From assembly GCA_040375445.1 (NCBI GenBank), contig JBEISK010000002.1, positions 30,459 through 94,458 of the forward strand: a stretch of DNA of 64,000 nucleotides. Direction: 5' to 3'. Numbering within the stretch: the stretch's first letter is position 1; each line of letters begins with the position of its first letter. The stretch comes from Gammaproteobacteria bacterium. Lineage in GTDB: Bacteria > Cyanobacteriota > Vampirovibrionia > Vampirovibrionales > JAJTHC01. Shown in pieces: positions 19,679 through 28,900 of this stretch. The notes beneath the pieces were generated by a model. That model saw only the letters and a list, made by a program, of their open reading frames with translations, was not told the origin of the DNA and did no database searches. The position numbers and the translations under genes were made by a program.

Positions 19679-21187
19679 ATGAATTTGATAAACAGCTTCA
19701 TACAACCGAATAATTCCAACCTTTCTGGCAAAGGTTATGCTGGGATGTCCGTCGGGCAACCGATGTATATAAACAATTTGTCTGGTGGTTCGCTCAGTTC
19801 AAGCCCACAACAAGGCTACGCACTACAGAATCAAGCCACTCAATATCCGCAACAGTACCCACAGCAGCAGCAAGGCTATGCGAGTTCTCCTGCTTACGGA
19901 TCTCCACAACTAGGCTTCCCTTACCCACCTCAAGCCACAGGGCCTTACAAAAAAACTTACTTGCAACAGTTCGCCGAACAAAACGGTACGAACAATGTCG
20001 CTTCGGGCAATTACAACGGCAACGCCTTTATCTCCCAATTTGGGGACAATGCCTACCGTCAATCTTTTGCGATCAACCAAGGCACAGGCAACCTCAAGCT
20101 TCAACAGCTCGGTGGAGCCTATGGCGACAACACCTCTCAAATAGGAGCATTTAACGGTAACTTCAATCACTTTGCGTACAACAACCAAGGTGGTAACCAA
20201 ATTGATTACAGCAATCTGTACGGCAAAAACAACATTTCCACCTTCGCAAACGGCAATAGCTTTAACCAAGTCAACTTAAACAACGTTCAAAATGGCGTTC
20301 GTTACTTGACTTCCGGCAACACCAACTTAACCGTCGACAATTCACCCAACGCCAGCGTCTTGATTAGTGGGGATGATGATCAATCTTCGAGCTACTATGT
20401 ACGCATCGCCAATTCATACGGCACGAAGAAAAACTCCGTTATTATAAATATGGACGGCACCGACAGAGCCACCGTCGATTTAAGTGCGGCTCGAAACAAC
20501 AGTGAGATTTTCTTGAACGGTTCAGGTCGTTCGGCCACAATCAATTCCAAAAATGGTATGAAAGATACGCTTTATATAGATGAAGGCACCATAGTCGATT
20601 ATTCCAATATGGACGATTTTGATACAGTCATCGTAAAAAACAGCGATGGGGGTTTGCGTACCTTCCAAGCAGGCGAAACCAAAGGAAAAGGTTTTGTTTC
20701 ACCTTTATTACAAGGTTTCGGCTTATACGAAGGGTCCAATCCTGGCGCGGTACAAATGAACGTTCAAAGTTTATTTGGTAGCACTTATAACAACGTTCAA
20801 ATGGGTCAGGTCATTTCAACAGGTCAAAATTACCAAGCGGTGAACTCGCAAACCCCTTATGGTTCCCCCGCTTACGGGCAAGCCTCCTACCCCCAACAAG
20901 GGTATATGGATGCTGGTCAAGGATATATGAATCAAGCACCACAGCCTTATACGGTTCCACCCACACCCCCTCAATATGGTTATCAAGATACCAGCTACAT
21001 GCAACAGCCTCAACCTAGCGACTACGACATGAGCAATTTTGACCCTAATGACATGATGGGTATGATGATGGTCATGATGCAAGCCTACCTTTCCATGATG
21101 GATACAAGCTATGCCACGCCTCAAGATTCTTACACTTCAGGCATTACAATCAATCCCAATTATACCGAAGATGGTTTTGACTTCTAG
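19679..21187 (+). CDS. Q/N/G/Y-rich low-complexity protein with curlin-like repeats and a Met-rich C-terminus
   Basis: 502 aa. The termini are prion-like Q/Y/P-rich (QQYPQQQQGYASSPAYG...). The central part has repeated x-Q-x-G-x-x-N-x-A/S units (SQFGDNAYRQS, NQGTGNLKLQQ, GAYGDNTSQ, NNQGGNQIDYS) resembling CsgA repeats. The C-terminus is DMMGMMMVMMQAYLSMMD. No signal peptide. Confidence 0.6.
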   Translation: MNLINSFIQPNNSNLSGKGYAGMSVGQPMYINNLSGGSLSSSPQQGYALQNQATQYPQQYPQQQQGYASSPAYGSPQLGFPYPPQATGPYKKTYLQQFAEQNGTNNVASGNYNGNAFISQFGDNAYRQSFAINQGTGNLKLQQLGGAYGDNTSQIGAFNGNFNHFAYNNQGGNQIDYSNLYGKNNISTFANGNSFNQVNLNNVQNGVRYLTSGNTNLTVDNSPNASVLISGDDDQSSSYYVRIANSYGTKKNSVIINMDGTDRATVDLSAARNNSEIFLNGSGRSATINSKNGMKDTLYIDEGTIVDYSNMDDFDTVIVKNSDGGLRTFQAGETKGKGFVSPLLQGFGLYEGSNPGAVQMNVQSLFGSTYNNVQMGQVISTGQNYQAVNSQTPYGSPAYGQASYPQQGYMDAGQGYMNQAPQPYTVPPTPPQYGYQDTSYMQQPQPSDYDMSNFDPNDMMGMMMVMMQAYLSMMDTSYATPQDSYTSGITINPNYTEDGFDF

Positions 21188-21294
21188 TGACTAATTTCTA
21201 AAAAAGTGCTATAGTACATTTTGAAAGAGATGAGAGAATCGTCTTTTTTGTATTATCTATTTGCTCTTTAAGAGTATAGTCAGGAGTTTAGAAG

Positions 21295-21516
21295 ATGAAT
21301 ATCAAATTTTTAGGTCTGTCCCTCGTTTCTTTGGCCTTGGCCAGTTCTTTGGTTTTAAGTGGTTGTGGTGAACCGCAGGGGCCGTCACCTGAACAAGCAG
21401 AAGGACCTGTAGCGGTTGAAGAAGTGGGTACTGATGAAGCAACGGCTCCAACGCCTGAAGGTGAAACACCTGTGGCTGAAGAAGAAGCTCCTGCTCATAA
21501 AGAAGCCCATAGCTAA
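21295..21516 (+). CDS. small acidic lipoprotein
   Basis: Signal peptide plus lipobox LVLSGC, followed by an E/P/A-rich 50 aa tail. Confidence 0.5.
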   Translation: MNIKFLGLSLVSLALASSLVLSGCGEPQGPSPEQAEGPVAVEEVGTDEATAPTPEGETPVAEEEAPAHKEAHS

Positions 21517-21534
21517 GTTTCGACAGATTTTTCT

Positions 21535-21580
21535 AAAAGCGTCGTCCTTAACAGGCGACGCTTTTTAGCGTTTTTTGCTT
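21535..21580 (+). terminator. rho-independent terminator
   Basis: aaaagcgtcg-tccttaacagg-cgacgcttttt followed by tagcgttttttgcttttgg. Confidence 0.5.
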
Positions 21581-21594
21581 TTGGCTGGTTCAGA

Positions 21595-23172
21595 CTATTT
21601 GCAAGGACCCACTTGGTTGGAACCTAAAACACGATCAATGAGGCTTCTGTAGATTAAACGGAAACGATCGGGATGTACGTCATCCCCAGGGTTAATGGGG
21701 TTCACTTCTGAGCCATGAAAGTAAAGTCCTGGACCTGAAGGTGGCTTAATGAAGCTGATCCAAACATTAGCTGGCTTGTTGTCTTCTGTGGGGGAACCGT
21801 CTACTTCTAGCATGCCAAAGCCTGTGTCTGACCATAAAGCCCCTGGTGTTTGGGGAAGCCTTAAGGTATTGCGTTCAAACCACGTACGTTTTTCCCAATC
21901 GCACATATAGGCTTCATGGCTTGCAGGAGGTTCTGTATGAGAAGAGCTCCCTAAGGTACATTGTGAGATGACACTTTCTAAAGGCTTGGGGATACCATCT
22001 GCTCCCATGATGTGATCAATTTTGGCAGCGCCAAACAGGTGTTCATGCCCATTAAGTACTGCAGTCAACCCGTATTTTTCATGATTTTCAAAGAAGGGAT
22101 CAAAACTAGTACGACGAAGGGCATAGTAATGTTTATCATTAACCTCAGGATTGGTGAAGACCACAGGGAAGTGTTTCACTAAAATACGTTTACGTTTCGG
22201 GTGAGCTTGCTTACTTTCTCTAAGGGCTTTGTCTAACCAATACAACTGAGCTTCTTTAAGGTCATGGGCTTCCTGTGTGTAGTGGGTGGTTTTAAAACGT
22301 TTGTCTAAGTTGCTAACTTCTAAAGTGGACATACTGGTTTCATCGACAAAAAAGAACTCGCAATCCCCCGCAACCACCTTAAAGTAACGAGGCAAACTCA
22401 TGTAATTAGCAAAAGCAGCGGCATGTCCTTGATCGTTATCATTATTCCCCATGGGGCTAAAAACAGGTATTCTATTTTTTATAAAGTCATGATAGACGGC
22501 ACCAATGTTCGAATGAAAGGAACGCGTATCCCCGCTACTACGTCTGGCATTGTTTTTGTCATATTCATTAGGGGAATACAAACTATCACCCGTCAAAAAC
22601 ACCGCATCAAGTGCTTGTTTTTTAGCGTTAGCTAAGGCAATCGAACCATCTACATTCATTTCTAAGGTCGCATTATTAAAACCAGGGTCTCCAAATATCG
22701 CAATACGATGAACGCCATCAGCACTTTTGGCTTTAGGTAATTCAAAGGTAATGAAGTGAACAGGGATTGAACGCCCTTTCACTTTGATCATTTCAACAGC
22801 ATTTTTAGTTTTGAGTTCTTTGTGAATCCAGTCTTGAATCCCTGGCATGAAGCGATTCATGATGTGTTTGTGATTGACACGGATGCCGCGAATCAAGCCC
22901 ATAACATCGCTACGTAAACGCGTCCAAAGACGTTTAATCCCATATACAATCCCTTCAAGTCGCCTTTTCCATGACGATTTATTGGTATAATTTAAACCTT
23001 TGGCGGCTTCTTTGAAGCCTCTTTCATAAGCTTGCCAGTCTTGGGTTTTCCTTAGTTGAGCGATTTCTTTCTGAATAGCAGGATGCGACCAATCCGCCCC
23101 ACTACGTTGTGACTTAGCACTTTGAGGCGTTGGATTCAATTGAAGCTGAGAAGAAGGCGAGAGAGGGAGCAT
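21595..23172 (-). CDS. calcineurin-like metallophosphoesterase with an N-terminal extension
   Basis: IAIFGDPG, LTGDSLY, GNNDND, and NGHEHLFG metal-ligand motifs. Confidence 0.75.
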   Translation of the reverse strand: MLPLSPSSQLQLNPTPQSAKSQRSGADWSHPAIQKEIAQLRKTQDWQAYERGFKEAAKGLNYTNKSSWKRRLEGIVYGIKRLWTRLRSDVMGLIRGIRVNHKHIMNRFMPGIQDWIHKELKTKNAVEMIKVKGRSIPVHFITFELPKAKSADGVHRIAIFGDPGFNNATLEMNVDGSIALANAKKQALDAVFLTGDSLYSPNEYDKNNARRSSGDTRSFHSNIGAVYHDFIKNRIPVFSPMGNNDNDQGHAAAFANYMSLPRYFKVVAGDCEFFFVDETSMSTLEVSNLDKRFKTTHYTQEAHDLKEAQLYWLDKALRESKQAHPKRKRILVKHFPVVFTNPEVNDKHYYALRRTSFDPFFENHEKYGLTAVLNGHEHLFGAAKIDHIMGADGIPKPLESVISQCTLGSSSHTEPPASHEAYMCDWEKRTWFERNTLRLPQTPGALWSDTGFGMLEVDGSPTEDNKPANVWISFIKPPSGPGLYFHGSEVNPINPGDDVHPDRFRLIYRSLIDRVLGSNQVGPCK

Positions 23173-23337
23173 CGTAGTTTGGGCATCTCATTTAAATTGA
23201 AAAATTCCAAGAGAAGGGACATTACACCCCTTACTATATCAAAAACACGTCCAAAAAAATAGATGCTCTATTTTTGAGATACTTTTCAAAATTAGCTTTA
23301 GTCCCTCTCTCTTAGTAAAAGGCAAGAATCTTTTCTT

Positions 23338-24816
23338 CTACAAACCCAAATAATGCCGTAATTGCATGGCTTTTTGCCTCCGGACTTCAGGGGTATTACG
23401 TTGGGCTTCTTCTTTTAACATGTCTGCACCCTCTTCATTACTTAATCCCCCTTGTAAAGCCCCTTGACCTTTTTTTAATTCAGACAGTCGCTCTTCACTT
23501 ATTGAACTAGGGTCCTCCGCAATAGACAGCCCTTCTTTTTGGGAAAGCAAAGAAAAACGTCGAGCCTCTACCGTGGTATTAGCTTGACGCAAAAGGGCTT
23601 CCACAATTTTCGTGAGTTCCTCAATTAAATCATTGGCAGGGGAAGTAGATGATTCACTAAAGCTCAAGCCAATGGACTTAGTTGGATTCAAGGGGTCTTG
23701 ACCCTGTTTGGACTCATTTACTTTTAAATTAGGCGAATTGTAACCCAATAAAGAGGGGGATACATCAATGGGAGCTTGCGTATTTTCTAAAGCGGACAGG
23801 CCTTCGGCAGAGGCGGGTTGAACCGTCGTATTTAAAGAGATTTCGTTCGGGCGCTTAGGCTGTGTCGTGAGAAGATTTGAAGTTAATGCTGGTGTTTGAG
23901 GAGCAGGCGGGATCGGTAAGCCTTTAGGGTCTTGTGGGGTAATGATTTGTGGAGACGTATTTTTCTTTAAGGTATCGATGAGATCAATAATCGCTGGGAG
24001 CCTTTGACTGGCTTTAAAAATAGCATAGTCGTCTAGTTGCGGAAAGCTAGTAAGCCAAAACCATTTGTTATTGTCAATATGTTGCTGAATAGCCAGTAAC
24101 CCCCCCGCCGTATCAGACACAATGCCTAGACTACCGTCGCTATTCTGAATCACTTTTACCCCGTCACCATATTGAATGATTTTTTTACCAATCCCAGGTA
24201 TAATAACTTCGGTGCCTGAATCAAACAAGGCTTGCCATTCATCACGACTCATCACCAAAGCACTGACCGCACTGGCATAGTTCCCTTGGATATAATAGGG
24301 AACAAAGTCACCTGTTAACGGCGTGTAAGGCATAATTTTAGGGGCAAAGGTGTTGCCGTAATCGGTAAAGGCGTCTGTATTGACACGATACGTCTGATTT
24401 AAGCCTGTGGCACTAAAGGTGGACGAATAATCGCTTAGATTATTGGTACGACTGATCTTTTGTGTTTTAGGGTTCCACCATATATACCCCACACTCGCTA
24501 CATCCGCCACCCCAGTAGGGGCATTCACGGTAATCGGAGCAAGGGGGTATTTGACGACATCACTGGGGTTAATGTTGGGACGAACAATGGTGTAAGTGGT
24601 ATCGGCTTGAATGGTTGACGCACTGACAGGCGAGCCAATGGTGACGACTTTCCGTAATCGCCAATCATAATAAGTAATGGGCACAACAGGGATGGAGAAA
24701 TTGGTCATGGGAGCTTCCGTTAGATGCTTGTGTGGCTCTCTTTCGACGTTAAGGGTTTTATTCTTGAACGGCTCCCTCTTTTCTTTGTAACAATACATGA
24801 CAAATGCACAATTCAT
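23338..24816 (-). CDS. hypothetical protein with a Pro/Ser/Thr-rich C-terminal half
   Basis: 492 aa ORF with a possible internal start at MTNFSIPVV. Long low-complexity P/T/S/Q linker. No recognised domain. Confidence 0.45.
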   Translation of the reverse strand: MNCAFVMYCYKEKREPFKNKTLNVEREPHKHLTEAPMTNFSIPVVPITYYDWRLRKVVTIGSPVSASTIQADTTYTIVRPNINPSDVVKYPLAPITVNAPTGVADVASVGYIWWNPKTQKISRTNNLSDYSSTFSATGLNQTYRVNTDAFTDYGNTFAPKIMPYTPLTGDFVPYYIQGNYASAVSALVMSRDEWQALFDSGTEVIIPGIGKKIIQYGDGVKVIQNSDGSLGIVSDTAGGLLAIQQHIDNNKWFWLTSFPQLDDYAIFKASQRLPAIIDLIDTLKKNTSPQIITPQDPKGLPIPPAPQTPALTSNLLTTQPKRPNEISLNTTVQPASAEGLSALENTQAPIDVSPSLLGYNSPNLKVNESKQGQDPLNPTKSIGLSFSESSTSPANDLIEELTKIVEALLRQANTTVEARRFSLLSQKEGLSIAEDPSSISEERLSELKKGQGALQGGLSNEEGADMLKEEAQRNTPEVRRQKAMQLRHYLGL

Positions 24817-24876
24817 GAAGGATCGTTCCCTTTAATTTTGATGTAATCGAAAAAACCAATTTTACAATGTCATCAT

Positions 24877-24892
24877 AGAGAGAGAGAGAGAG
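24877..24892 (+). repeat. (AG)8 dinucleotide microsatellite in the 5' leader/RBS region
   Basis: agagagagagagagag ending 9 nt before ATG 24902. Confidence 0.9.
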
Positions 24893-24901
24893 AACATCAC
24901 C

Positions 24902-25690
24902 ATGAATATGAATATCGGCGGATTTAATGCTGCCCCTAAATTTTTCCAAATCCAAGCAGGCAAATTAGACCAACAAGCCAAAGCTTTTATTCTGAAAAAC
25001 GACGCCAATAAAGACGGTGAATTGTCTCAAGCGGAAGTGCAAGCCGCAGGTGGGTTAACACCAGGGGTGCGTTCCAAAGTTTCCAGTGCTTCTATTGCTA
25101 CTTCTTTGTGGGCAGGTGTTTCTGGCCCTGGCGGAGGTATTGGTGCTAAAGAATACGCTCAATTTTTAGTCGCCTTAGATTTTGACCGTGACGGTAAAAT
25201 CACGCAAGACGAATCCGATGCCACCATGACGTCTTGGTCGAATTTTATTCAAGCGAATCCTACAGTTGCTCATTCGTCTATTTACTCAGCCCTAGTTCAA
25301 AAAGGCAAAGAAATTGGTTTAGACAAGGTACTCGATAATAGCGAAGAAGAGCAGTTGGCTGAAGATCTTGCCAATGGTAAAAACCCTTCTAGCACAACAC
25401 CAACCAAGCCTCCTGTTACGGTAGATGCAGACTTGCCTATTATTGGCGGAACAACACCCGAAACCATGACCATTACACCCCCAGTCGTAAGCGACACAGG
25501 CTTGCCTGTTGTCGACGGCACAACGGTTGCTCTTGCGACCCCCGCCCCTACGACCACTAGCGGTGGTTTAGCGGATAGGTTAAAAGCCGTTCCGGGATTA
25601 GATAGTTCCATTGTTGCCAGCCTTGTGGCTGTTGTTGGTGGTTCAATCAAAACACCTGCTGCAGAAACGATCGACTTACCTTTAATCTAA
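24902..25690 (+). CDS. EF-hand calcium-binding protein with a Pro/Thr-rich tail
   Basis: Two canonical 12-residue loops, DANKDGELSQAE and DFDRDGKITQDE (D-x-D/N-x-D-G-x-I/L-x3-E). Confidence 0.6.
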   Translation: MNMNIGGFNAAPKFFQIQAGKLDQQAKAFILKNDANKDGELSQAEVQAAGGLTPGVRSKVSSASIATSLWAGVSGPGGGIGAKEYAQFLVALDFDRDGKITQDESDATMTSWSNFIQANPTVAHSSIYSALVQKGKEIGLDKVLDNSEEEQLAEDLANGKNPSSTTPTKPPVTVDADLPIIGGTTPETMTITPPVVSDTGLPVVDGTTVALATPAPTTTSGGLADRLKAVPGLDSSIVASLVAVVGGSIKTPAAETIDLPLI

Positions 25691-25715
25691 TACACCCCCA
25701 TTCAAAACCACATAA

Positions 25716-25752
25716 AAGAGAGGTCACTTAATCCGTCGCCTCTCTTTTTGGT
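25716..25752 (+). terminator. stem-loop plus T-run downstream of the first EF-hand gene
   Basis: aagagagg-(15 nt loop)-cctctctt followed by tttggttt. Confidence 0.4.
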
Positions 25753-25879
25753 TTAAACAAAACATTACAAAACGTTACAAGTTCACAATTTATTTAGATT
25801 CCAAACGTTTATTAATGTAGCCACTTATCAAATAGCTTTATTTGATAAGACTAAAACTATTGAGAGAGACACTATTCAA

Positions 25880-26794
25880 ATGAGTACACCGTGGGGTGCT
25901 AATGCCACCAAACCCACTTATTTTCAAATTCAAGCAGGCAAACTTGACCAGCAAGTGACTGCTTTTATTGATAAACATGATACGGATGGGGACCATGCAC
26001 TTTCACTTGATGAAGTCAGGGAAGCAGGTGGCTTAACAAACCCGACTAAGTTTAAGTCCAATAGCCTTGCAATGACTCAATCTTTATGGAAGGCTATTTC
26101 TGGACCCAGTAACACGATCAATGCAAAAGAATACGCCCAATACCTGATTCTTTTAGACGCGGATCAAAATACCCAAATCACCCAACGCGAAGTAGACGCC
26201 CTATTCAGTACCTGGACGAATCATATCAACACGAAACCTCAGACGGCTTTAAAAAACATTTATCAAGAACTCGTCAGTGTCGGTCAAAAATTTGGGATTA
26301 CCTCTTTTTTTCAAAATGCCGAAGAAGAAGCCTTTGCTTTAGGTGAACCCTTGAAAAAACCACCTTCTACCACTGAGATAAGAAAGCCTTCAGTAAGCCC
26401 AGTGACTACAAGCCCAAAGCCCACTCAAAATGTAGGTATGCCTTCGTTCAGGCCCCTAGATTTAACAACACCCTTCATAGATACAGTGAGTCCTTTTTTA
26501 ATTACACCAATTGCTCCTAACAACACAAATGTAGCAACCCAAACAAACACCAACTCACCCTATTCAAACCTCACAGTACAAGATTTCATGAGTGCTCATG
26601 CTAATCAAAATCAGCCTTACATTAATCCCCAATATCTAGAAGCTGTTAATACCTCCCTTACCAGTAATAATTCTTTGTCCAACATATTTGGGGGATTCAC
26701 GGGTTCTTCTCTGCCTAGCCAATGGGTAAGTTCATTTATAGCCAGTAAGTCAGCGTCTAATCGTTGGGATGCTTCAGGGCTACCCATCGTTTAG
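25880..26794 (+). CDS. paralog of the preceding EF-hand protein with degenerate loops and a Thr/Pro/Asn-rich tail
   Basis: Shares the FQIQAGKLDQQ...AFI.K.D.D...GGLT...SLW...SGP...AKEYAQ block with 24902-25690. Loops are DTDGDHALSLDE and DADQNTQITQRE; position 6 is not Gly in either. Confidence 0.55.
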   Translation: MSTPWGANATKPTYFQIQAGKLDQQVTAFIDKHDTDGDHALSLDEVREAGGLTNPTKFKSNSLAMTQSLWKAISGPSNTINAKEYAQYLILLDADQNTQITQREVDALFSTWTNHINTKPQTALKNIYQELVSVGQKFGITSFFQNAEEEAFALGEPLKKPPSTTEIRKPSVSPVTTSPKPTQNVGMPSFRPLDLTTPFIDTVSPFLITPIAPNNTNVATQTNTNSPYSNLTVQDFMSAHANQNQPYINPQYLEAVNTSLTSNNSLSNIFGGFTGSSLPSQWVSSFIASKSASNRWDASGLPIV

Positions 26795-26825
26795 AAACAT
26801 ATCAATTATCATAGAACCTTTGGTA

Positions 26826-27839
26826 TTAAGCCTTCAATAAAGCTTCTAAAATGCTCAAACCTTGCCCGTTTTTAAAGTGACGCAATGCGGATTGAGCGTC
26901 TTCTGCGGTCGACGTAATTAAGGCTTGGGTCAAAGTAATCCCGCCTTGCGTATGGAGCCGTTCTTTCAAGGCCACACAAGCGGCATCCACCGTTTCAAGC
27001 GGGGCTTCTGCTTGGACCAAACTAAAAATCTCCTGCACCGCTTCTTCTAAAGACGCTTGCTGGCTTTTTTCTTGATATAGCAATAAAATCGGGGCATTCG
27101 CCAAACCGTTGCGAATATCATCTAAAATCGGCTTGCCTAAGTGAGAGGCATCCGCCGTGTAATCGAGTAGATCATCTTGAAATTGAAACGCCATGCCAAA
27201 GGCGGTACCAAACTCGACGGCTTTTTGCGTGGTCACGGCATCGGCTTCTGCTAAAACGGCTACTGATTTAGCGAGACATACATATAAACTCGCCGTTTTT
27301 TTGTAGGTCTTTTGCGTATAAGCGTCCCATGAAATCTCGGCGAGTGGTTGATAAGCGAGTGCATCTTGCAGGACTTCACCTTCACAAAGTTCCGCCAAGA
27401 CTTGGGCATAAAAGCTCACCAATTGAAGATTGCCCAAACTTGCCAAGGTTTGACTGGCTTGAGCCAGCAACCAATCGCCGCCCAAAATGGCAATACGGTT
27501 GCCAAAACGTTGACGCACGGTGGATTTGCCCCGTCTTAAATCGGCTTCATCCAGCACATCGTCATGCAGTAAGGTCGCCAAGTGAATCATTTCTGTGACC
27601 GCCGCGAGCTTAATCACACGCTCATCACTAGGCTTACCTGTGATGGCTTGCCATAAGGCATGCACCATGGCAGGTCTCACCAACTTGCCTAAGGTACTCA
27701 GGCTATAGGTGGTGGCATCCGCGAGTGTTAGGGCTTCAGGGGGTAATAGCCCCTGCAAAAAATCCACCGTCGCAGTGAGTTCGGCGTCTAAAGGTTGAAA
27801 AATAGGAGCGATTTTTAGAGCCGTCATGGCATATTTCAC
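26826..27839 (-). CDS. polyprenyl diphosphate synthase (long-chain, IspB/SdsA-like)
   Basis: First Asp-rich motif LHDDVLDEADLRRG, second FQFQDDLLD. Confidence 0.85.
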   Translation of the reverse strand: MKYAMTALKIAPIFQPLDAELTATVDFLQGLLPPEALTLADATTYSLSTLGKLVRPAMVHALWQAITGKPSDERVIKLAAVTEMIHLATLLHDDVLDEADLRRGKSTVRQRFGNRIAILGGDWLLAQASQTLASLGNLQLVSFYAQVLAELCEGEVLQDALAYQPLAEISWDAYTQKTYKKTASLYVCLAKSVAVLAEADAVTTQKAVEFGTAFGMAFQFQDDLLDYTADASHLGKPILDDIRNGLANAPILLLYQEKSQQASLEEAVQEIFSLVQAEAPLETVDAACVALKERLHTQGGITLTQALITSTAEDAQSALRHFKNGQGLSILEALLKA

Positions 27840-27904
27840 TTATAATAATAGTATCCGTTAGATCTAACGAACACTATATAACGTATGTACTTATTATATT
27901 ATGG

Positions 27905-28900
27905 ATGAAAGTCCGCAAAAACGTCAATAGAAAAGATTTTACGATAATGAGCGAACTAATAATCGTGACAGGTGCCACCGCCACAGGAAAGACTGATTTG
28001 GGCGTGGCGTTGGCTCAACAGTTGGCAAGTGATGTCATTTCTTGCGACAGTCAACTGGTTTATAAAGGCTTGGATATTGGCACCGCCAAGCCCACGACCG
28101 AAGAACAGCAAGGCATTGCCCATTTTGGCATGGATCTCATCACCCCCGATGTCACCTTTTCAGCCGCCATGTACGAAGAAGCCGTACTCCCCTTGATTGT
28201 GGAGCGGTTAGAACGTCAGCAATCCGTAATTATGGTGGGAGGCACAGGCTTTTACCTGCGTCAATTGTTTGAAGCTCGTCCACTGGTGGATGTCCCCCCC
28301 AATCCAAGCTTTCGAGCCGAAATGACCGCTTGGGCAAGCAAGCAAACAGGCGACTTCCCCTTGCACGAGCATCTCAAATCGCTCGATGCCTTGCGGGCTT
28401 CGCAGTTGTACCCTGAAGACGATCGCCGTGTGTTAAGAGCTTTAGAGATCATCGACGCCATAGGTGAGCCTGTGCCTCAAGAAAAACGCCCCAGCGTGGT
28501 GGAAACCGCTTTGGGACGTGAGCCTAAAACCGTATGGCTAGGCTTGACGCATGGCGATAGGGTGCGTCGCTACCAGCGGATAGAAGCTCGTATTGAGGCG
28601 ATGCTGGACGCTGGTTGGCTTGAGGAAGTTCAGCACTTGGCGGATAAATACGGCGAAACGGCTCACGCTTTGCAAGTGGCGATCGGCTACCCCGAACTCT
28701 TGGCTGTTTTAAAGGGAACGCTTGCTTTAGAAGAGGCGAAGACGCAAATTGCCATTAACGTCCGTCAATATGCACGCCGTCAAAAAGTGTGGTTTAATCG
28801 ACATAGTCACATGCAGTGGTTGGATATTGGCGGAGAAAACGGCTCACTGCTTCCCTTAGAAGACAAGCTCGCTTGGGCGTTAGAAAGGATTGCCTTATGA
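27905..28900 (+). CDS. miaA: tRNA dimethylallyltransferase
   Basis: P-loop IIVTGATATGKTDLG, SCDSQLVYKGLDIGTAKP. Possible alternative start at MSELIIV (27947). Confidence 0.85.
   Translation: MKVRKNVNRKDFTIMSELIIVTGATATGKTDLGVALAQQLASDVISCDSQLVYKGLDIGTAKPTTEEQQGIAHFGMDLITPDVTFSAAMYEEAVLPLIVERLERQQSVIMVGGTGFYLRQLFEARPLVDVPPNPSFRAEMTAWASKQTGDFPLHEHLKSLDALRASQLYPEDDRRVLRALEIIDAIGEPVPQEKRPSVVETALGREPKTVWLGLTHGDRVRRYQRIEARIEAMLDAGWLEEVQHLADKYGETAHALQVAIGYPELLAVLKGTLALEEAKTQIAINVRQYARRQKVWFNRHSHMQWLDIGGENGSLLPLEDKLAWALERIAL

Noticed and set aside
28816-28896. ORF-track N-terminal extension of the SAM hydrolase (MVGYWRRKRL...)
   Set aside because: This part lies inside the miaA coding region in another frame. 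The family-typical N-terminus begins at MSKQALTLAFLSDYG (28897).
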